A stretch of DNA of 64,000 bases, from positions 67,390 through 131,389 of the forward strand of contig CALOBV010000024.1 of the NCBI GenBank assembly GCA_942491535.1, read 5' to 3'. Origin of the DNA: an uncultured Marinilabiliaceae bacterium. GTDB lineage: Bacteria > Bacteroidota > Bacteroidia > Bacteroidales > VadinHA17. The position numbers and the translations under genes were made by a program. Under the pieces are notes generated by a model. That model ran no database searches. It was not told the origin of the DNA and saw only the letters and a list, made by a program, of their open reading frames with translations. This document shows positions 59,977 to 64,000 of this stretch, piece by piece (the first letter of the stretch is position 1; each line of letters starts with the position of its first letter).

Positions 59977-60384
59977 ATGAAAAAGCATGACCTGTTAATT
60001 ATTGCATTATTATTTTTTGGAAGTTCAATGTGCCCGGCCCAATCAGCAACGGTCCCGGCAGAATTATCTCTGGCGTTTAAAACAGGGGATATAGAGAAAC
60101 TCTCCGAGTATCTAAATACTACCGTTGAACTTGTAATACTGGAAAAAGAGGATTTCTATAACAGGAAAGTGGCAGAAAACATTCTGCGCGACTTTTTTAA
60201 TAAGCACAAAGTTCTTGACTTTGTTGTCAAACACCAGGGGGGAAAGAATGATGCCAACTTTGCCATAGGTGATCTTCGGACCAGCAATGGTTCTTTCAGG
60301 GTATATTTTCTAATGAAAAAGGTAGACTCCAAACCATTAATCCACCAGCTCAGAATAGAAAAAAATGATTCAGGAAGCAATTAA
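59977..60384 (+). CDS. DUF4783-like small secreted protein
   Basis: It starts MKKHDLLIIALLFFGSSMCPAQS (signal peptide) and is about 135 aa. Its position immediately upstream of nadC, overlapping it, matches my recollection of DUF4783 genes in Bacteroidota. Confidence 0.55.
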   Translation: MKKHDLLIIALLFFGSSMCPAQSATVPAELSLAFKTGDIEKLSEYLNTTVELVILEKEDFYNRKVAENILRDFFNKHKVLDFVVKHQGGKNDANFAIGDLRTSNGSFRVYFLMKKVDSKPLIHQLRIEKNDSGSN

Positions 60385-61207
60385 CAACCTGATAGACAGG
60401 GCACTTGCTGAAGACATTGGAGATGGCGACCATAGTTCACTATCATCAATACCAGCAGATGCAAGAGGAAGAGCTCGATTAATTGTTAAGGAAAAGGGTA
60501 TTATTGCCGGCCTGACAGTTTCTGAAACAGTTTTTAAAAAAGTAGATCCGGGTATTAGTTTTGATTGTTTCTTAAATGATGGTGACAGTATTGATGTCGG
60601 TGATATCGGATTTGAGGTAGAAGGCCTTCAGCAATCAATTCTGAAAGCTGAAAGACTGGTATTAAATATTCTCCAGAGGATGAGTGGAATAGCAACAGAG
60701 ACACGCAGGTATGCTGATTCAATAAAAGAGTTCAATACTCGTATCCTCGACACCCGCAAGACCACTCCCGGGTTCAGGGCTTTTGAAAAAGAGGCGGTTA
60801 GAATTGGAGGAGGCGTAAATCACAGGATGGGCCTTTTCGATATGATCATGTTGAAAGATAATCATATAGATTTTGCAGGAGGAATTGAAAAAGCTATTAA
60901 GAGGGCCAGGAATTACCTGAAAGATAAAGGGAAAAACCTTGCAATAGAAATTGAGGTCAGGAATTTTGATGAAATTAATCAGGTATTAAGAACAGGCGGT
61001 GTTGACAGAATAATGCTCGATAATTTTAGTCCGGATGAAACCCGTAAGGCAGTGGAAATTATCGATGGAAGGATTGAGATTGAATCTTCAGGTGGTATAA
61101 CGTTTGATACACTCAGGGATTATGCATCCTGTGGCGTTGATTATATCTCAGTTGGTGCCCTGACTCATCATATTAAAAGTCTTGACATGAGCCTTAAAGC
61201 CGTATGA
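60365..61207 (+). CDS. nadC: Nicotinate-nucleotide diphosphorylase (carboxylating), quinolinate phosphoribosyltransferase
   Basis: 280 aa with LIDRALAEDIGDGDHS at the N-terminus, then TRKTTPGFR and MLDNF motifs. Confidence 0.9.
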   Translation: MIQEAINNLIDRALAEDIGDGDHSSLSSIPADARGRARLIVKEKGIIAGLTVSETVFKKVDPGISFDCFLNDGDSIDVGDIGFEVEGLQQSILKAERLVLNILQRMSGIATETRRYADSIKEFNTRILDTRKTTPGFRAFEKEAVRIGGGVNHRMGLFDMIMLKDNHIDFAGGIEKAIKRARNYLKDKGKNLAIEIEVRNFDEINQVLRTGGVDRIMLDNFSPDETRKAVEIIDGRIEIESSGGITFDTLRDYASCGVDYISVGALTHHIKSLDMSLKAV

Positions 61208-62136
61208 ACCGGAAAGTAAAAGAAAATATTGTAGACCCCTTGCTTTCCTGGTTAAAGAAACTTGTCCTTCCCGGCTTTGACAGGGTCCCTTTTTATGATG
61301 TAATTACTTTCTTTTTCAGGGGATTTAAGAAGGGAGCCCTTGTAACAAGAGCATCGTCAATAGCTTATAACCTTATGCTGGCGCTTTTACCCACCACTTT
61401 TTTCGTATTTACCCTTATTCCTTTTATCCCTATTCCGAATTTTCAGAATGAGATAATAAACCTGTTCGAAAATATTGTCCCTGAAAATGCCTATCATCTT
61501 TTTGAATCAACAATTATTGACGTTATAACCAGGAAAAGTGGCTTTTTCCTTATCACAATGTTCCTGGCTTCGGCGGTAATGTCGTCTAATGGAATACATG
61601 CCCTTATACATGCCTTTGTTGTATCTGATCACCAGTTTGAAACAAGAACATGGGTAGCTCAGAGAAGAGTTTCCTTCAGTCTTCTTCTTATTGTTGTCTT
61701 CCTTATTGCTTTATCCGGAGTATTGTTAATATTTGGGAGAGACCTCCTTCAAATCCTTGTTGATAAAGAGATTATTACATCTACCTGGCTGAAATACCTG
61801 GTTATTGGTCTTAAATGGATAATTATAATCGGTATTCTTTTTCTCGCAATATCATCCCTTTATTATCTGGCCCCCTCAAGAAAAGCAAAGTTCAGGTTTT
61901 TCTCGGCAGGTGCAACATTGGCTACAATCCTATTTATTATTACATCTCTGGGATTTTCAGCCTATGTCAATAACTTCGATAATTATAATAAGCTATATGG
62001 ATCAATGGGAACCATCCTTGTAATCCTGCTATGGCTATACCTCAACTCGATCTCTCTACTTATAGGATTCGAGTTAAACGCAAGTATTAAAACTGCAAAT
62101 ATTAATCAGAGAAGTATATTAAACGAAGAAGATTAA
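61204..62136 (+). CDS. YihY/BrkB-family membrane protein
   Basis: 310 aa and polytopic. ASSIAYNLMLALLP is typical of the family N-terminus. Its start overlaps the nadC stop (ATGA). Confidence 0.75.
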   Translation: MNRKVKENIVDPLLSWLKKLVLPGFDRVPFYDVITFFFRGFKKGALVTRASSIAYNLMLALLPTTFFVFTLIPFIPIPNFQNEIINLFENIVPENAYHLFESTIIDVITRKSGFFLITMFLASAVMSSNGIHALIHAFVVSDHQFETRTWVAQRRVSFSLLLIVVFLIALSGVLLIFGRDLLQILVDKEIITSTWLKYLVIGLKWIIIIGILFLAISSLYYLAPSRKAKFRFFSAGATLATILFIITSLGFSAYVNNFDNYNKLYGSMGTILVILLWLYLNSISLLIGFELNASIKTANINQRSILNEED

Positions 62137-63638
62137 CTACAGTGAATATATTGGGAGACAAGGTTTGCAATTTCCTCGTTCTTTCCATATAATTTTTCAC
62201 TTAATCCCTTATCATCATATACTTTTAATCTATTTACTATGCTCTCGATGGTACCTTCAGGAAAAATATCATCCTTCTCATAGAAAGATCGATCAGCCTC
62301 CAGGCACTCTGCTGATTCAAAACAAGATGCAGGCAATGAATCCAGGCTATCAAGCTTATCTCTATTCTCTTCCTTGAATATATTCACCTCAACATACAAT
62401 TGCTCAGCCTCCTTTAGCGACTCCTCTCTTCCGAGCCCATATTCTGTTGCCACAACCAGTCCGGCCATTAGAAGATAAAGATCTGCAGACCCGTCGGGTG
62501 CACGAAACTCAACTGTCTGCTTGCTATCAAATAATTCAGGCTCTGACTTTTCTTCCGGGTTAGCATCATATATCATATCTGACTTGCCCCTCCATCCAAG
62601 TGGTACGCGAACCAGTACAGACCTGTTTCTGTCGCCCCAGCAAATGTTAGTCGGGGCCTCCTGGTGAGGAACCAGCCGAAGATAGGATGTAGGTATTGTA
62701 TTCCCGAAGGCCGTAAGGGATTTTGAATGGCTTAATATTCCGGCTATCATTTTCTTCGCTATATCGCTAAGATCAGGACCGTTTACCATTACATTTTTAC
62801 CATCCTTCTCAAGCAACATATGGATATGCAGGCCACTCCCTGCCTTTCCTACTGTAATCTTTGGAGCAAAGCTGACTTCCACTCCATATTCGAAACCGAG
62901 CATTCTGACAATCCATTTTGATATAATTAATTGCTCGACTGCCTCTTCAACCTCGGAGGGAAGAAATTCTATCTCATGCTGCTCATAATCTTCTCCATCC
63001 TTTGTAAAACTACCCACCTCAGAATGTCCGTACTTAATCCTGCAGCCTGCATTTGCACATAGGCGAAGCGCTTCAACCCTTAAATCTTCAAATTTAGCAA
63101 AGGGCTTTGTCTGGTGATATCCTTTCTGGTCAACCAGTGGATACAGGTCATCCTTAAATGAACGCACATAGTATTCAAGTTCTCCAAGCGCCTTCATTTT
63201 CATTCCGGTGTTTTCTTTGAACCTTGAATAAGCCTTCTTTAATATATTCTCAGGGGCACTTTCCAGAGGATTGCCCTGATAATCGTAAAAAGAACAGAGA
63301 ATTTCAAGAGTTGATTTTTCTGTAAAGGGATTCAAAAATGCTGTTCTGAACCTGGGAATTACATAGAGATCGCTCGACCCTGCTCCAACAAATGAGAACA
63401 GACTAGAGCCATCAACTCTCTCACCGCTTGTCAGAATCTGGTTAAGGTGATCACGGCTGGAAAGCACAAAATTCAGGGATTTTAGTTTTCCATCTTCAGC
63501 CACATACCTGAAGTTTAACATTTCCACCCCTTTTGCTTCAATAAATTTTATTAAATCATCTTTGGTAAACTGACTTGCCGGTTTCTTAAGAAACTGTACA
63601 AGTTCATTCGGGTTCATAAGGATATGATTGTTATGCAT
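62133..63638 (-). CDS. glnA: Glutamine synthetase family protein (about 500-aa type)
   Basis: 501 aa with an N-terminal beta-grasp region and the catalytic-domain motif GKAGSGLHIHM. Its stop overlaps the yihY stop by 4 nt (convergent). Confidence 0.75.
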   Translation of the reverse strand: MHNNHILMNPNELVQFLKKPASQFTKDDLIKFIEAKGVEMLNFRYVAEDGKLKSLNFVLSSRDHLNQILTSGERVDGSSLFSFVGAGSSDLYVIPRFRTAFLNPFTEKSTLEILCSFYDYQGNPLESAPENILKKAYSRFKENTGMKMKALGELEYYVRSFKDDLYPLVDQKGYHQTKPFAKFEDLRVEALRLCANAGCRIKYGHSEVGSFTKDGEDYEQHEIEFLPSEVEEAVEQLIISKWIVRMLGFEYGVEVSFAPKITVGKAGSGLHIHMLLEKDGKNVMVNGPDLSDIAKKMIAGILSHSKSLTAFGNTIPTSYLRLVPHQEAPTNICWGDRNRSVLVRVPLGWRGKSDMIYDANPEEKSEPELFDSKQTVEFRAPDGSADLYLLMAGLVVATEYGLGREESLKEAEQLYVEVNIFKEENRDKLDSLDSLPASCFESAECLEADRSFYEKDDIFPEGTIESIVNRLKVYDDKGLSEKLYGKNEEIANLVSQYIHCS

Positions 63639-63690
63639 CTATTTATATGTAATTTATCGATAGTTATTTATAACTCCTCATTGAGGAATG

Positions 63691-63698
63691 CAAATATA
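63691..63698 (-). promoter_or_regulatory. Candidate -7 box (TATATTTG) for glnA
   Basis: TAnnTTTG match about 53 nt upstream of the ATG at 63638. Confidence 0.45.
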
Positions 63699-63790
63699 GA
63701 AAATTACATTATCACAACAAATGCGCTATGTCATAAGCAAAAATAGTTATCCTTATTAAATGTTTTTAAACATTGAACCGATTATTTTTA

Positions 63791-63798
63791 TACTTTTG
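63791..63798 (+). promoter_or_regulatory. Candidate -7 box (TACTTTTG) for the edge lipoprotein gene
   Basis: TAnnTTTG match 28 nt upstream of the ATG at 63826. Confidence 0.5.
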
Positions 63799-63825
63799 AA
63801 TCCGGAATTCCCTATAAAAACGTTC

Positions 63826-64000
63826 ATGAAAAAAATTATTATTGGAATATCATTTTTCCTGGCCCTGCTATCAAGTAGTTGTAAGGAAGAGAAGCATGCC
63901 GATTATATGACAAATCAGAAGGCTGCCGAATATTTTAATAAAATTGATTCTATTTGTAAGGATGATAAGGCTTCACTCTGGGGAATAGAGATCTATGGAC
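63826..64000 (+). CDS. Lipoprotein, N-terminal fragment (runs off the window; absent from ORF track)
   Basis: Hand translation gives MKKIIIGISFFLALLSSSCKEEKHADYMTNQKAAEYFNKIDSICKDDKASLWGIEIYG. The lipobox is LSSSC. Confidence 0.6.
   Translation, partial: MKKIIIGISFFLALLSSSCKEEKHADYMTNQKAAEYFNKIDSICKDDKASLWGIEIYG

Overview
This is a Bacteroidota-type chromosomal segment. The evidence is a PorP/SprF gene with a T9SS type-B C-terminal sorting domain, a SecDF fusion, and TAnnTTTG -7 promoter boxes. Most of the window is ordinary housekeeping and envelope genes: dcp, an acyl-CoA ligase, two tripartite efflux loci, mutS, tatA, secDF, glmM, era, der, rlmH, nadC, glnA and two tRNAs. I found no integrase, transposase, CRISPR array, reverse transcriptase or recognisable defence genes. 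All function calls come from reading motifs by eye, because no searches were possible. Three things stand out. (1) Frame disruptions are strongly clustered. By hand translation at least 16 frameshifts fall in only five genes: an FtsX permease, a four-helix-bundle gene, a MacB-like permease, PorP/SprF and a roughly 4.3 kb T9SS adhesin. The seven ORFs longer than 2 kb are all intact. (2) A co-directional minus-strand block (59784 to 44645) joins the decayed T9SS adhesin/PorP pair to an intact, tightly packed trio. The trio is a PD40+PKD protein, an unrecognisable 330-aa secreted protein, and a periplasmic propeller/Y_Y_Y sensor fused to a SpoIIE/PP2C phosphatase. This is my best candidate for an uncharacterised envelope-signalling module. 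(3) The intergenic DNA is built from recurring short modules. These are a four-copy terminator cassette whose last copy is fused to the 3' end of tRNA-Leu, a duplication of the tRNA-Leu 5' end carrying an inverted tRNA fragment, composite repeats beside tRNA-Gly, and degenerate heptad-periodic tracts at several loci. The supplied ORF track omits the edge-truncated genes at both ends of the window, and several of its TTG/GTG starts look over-extended.
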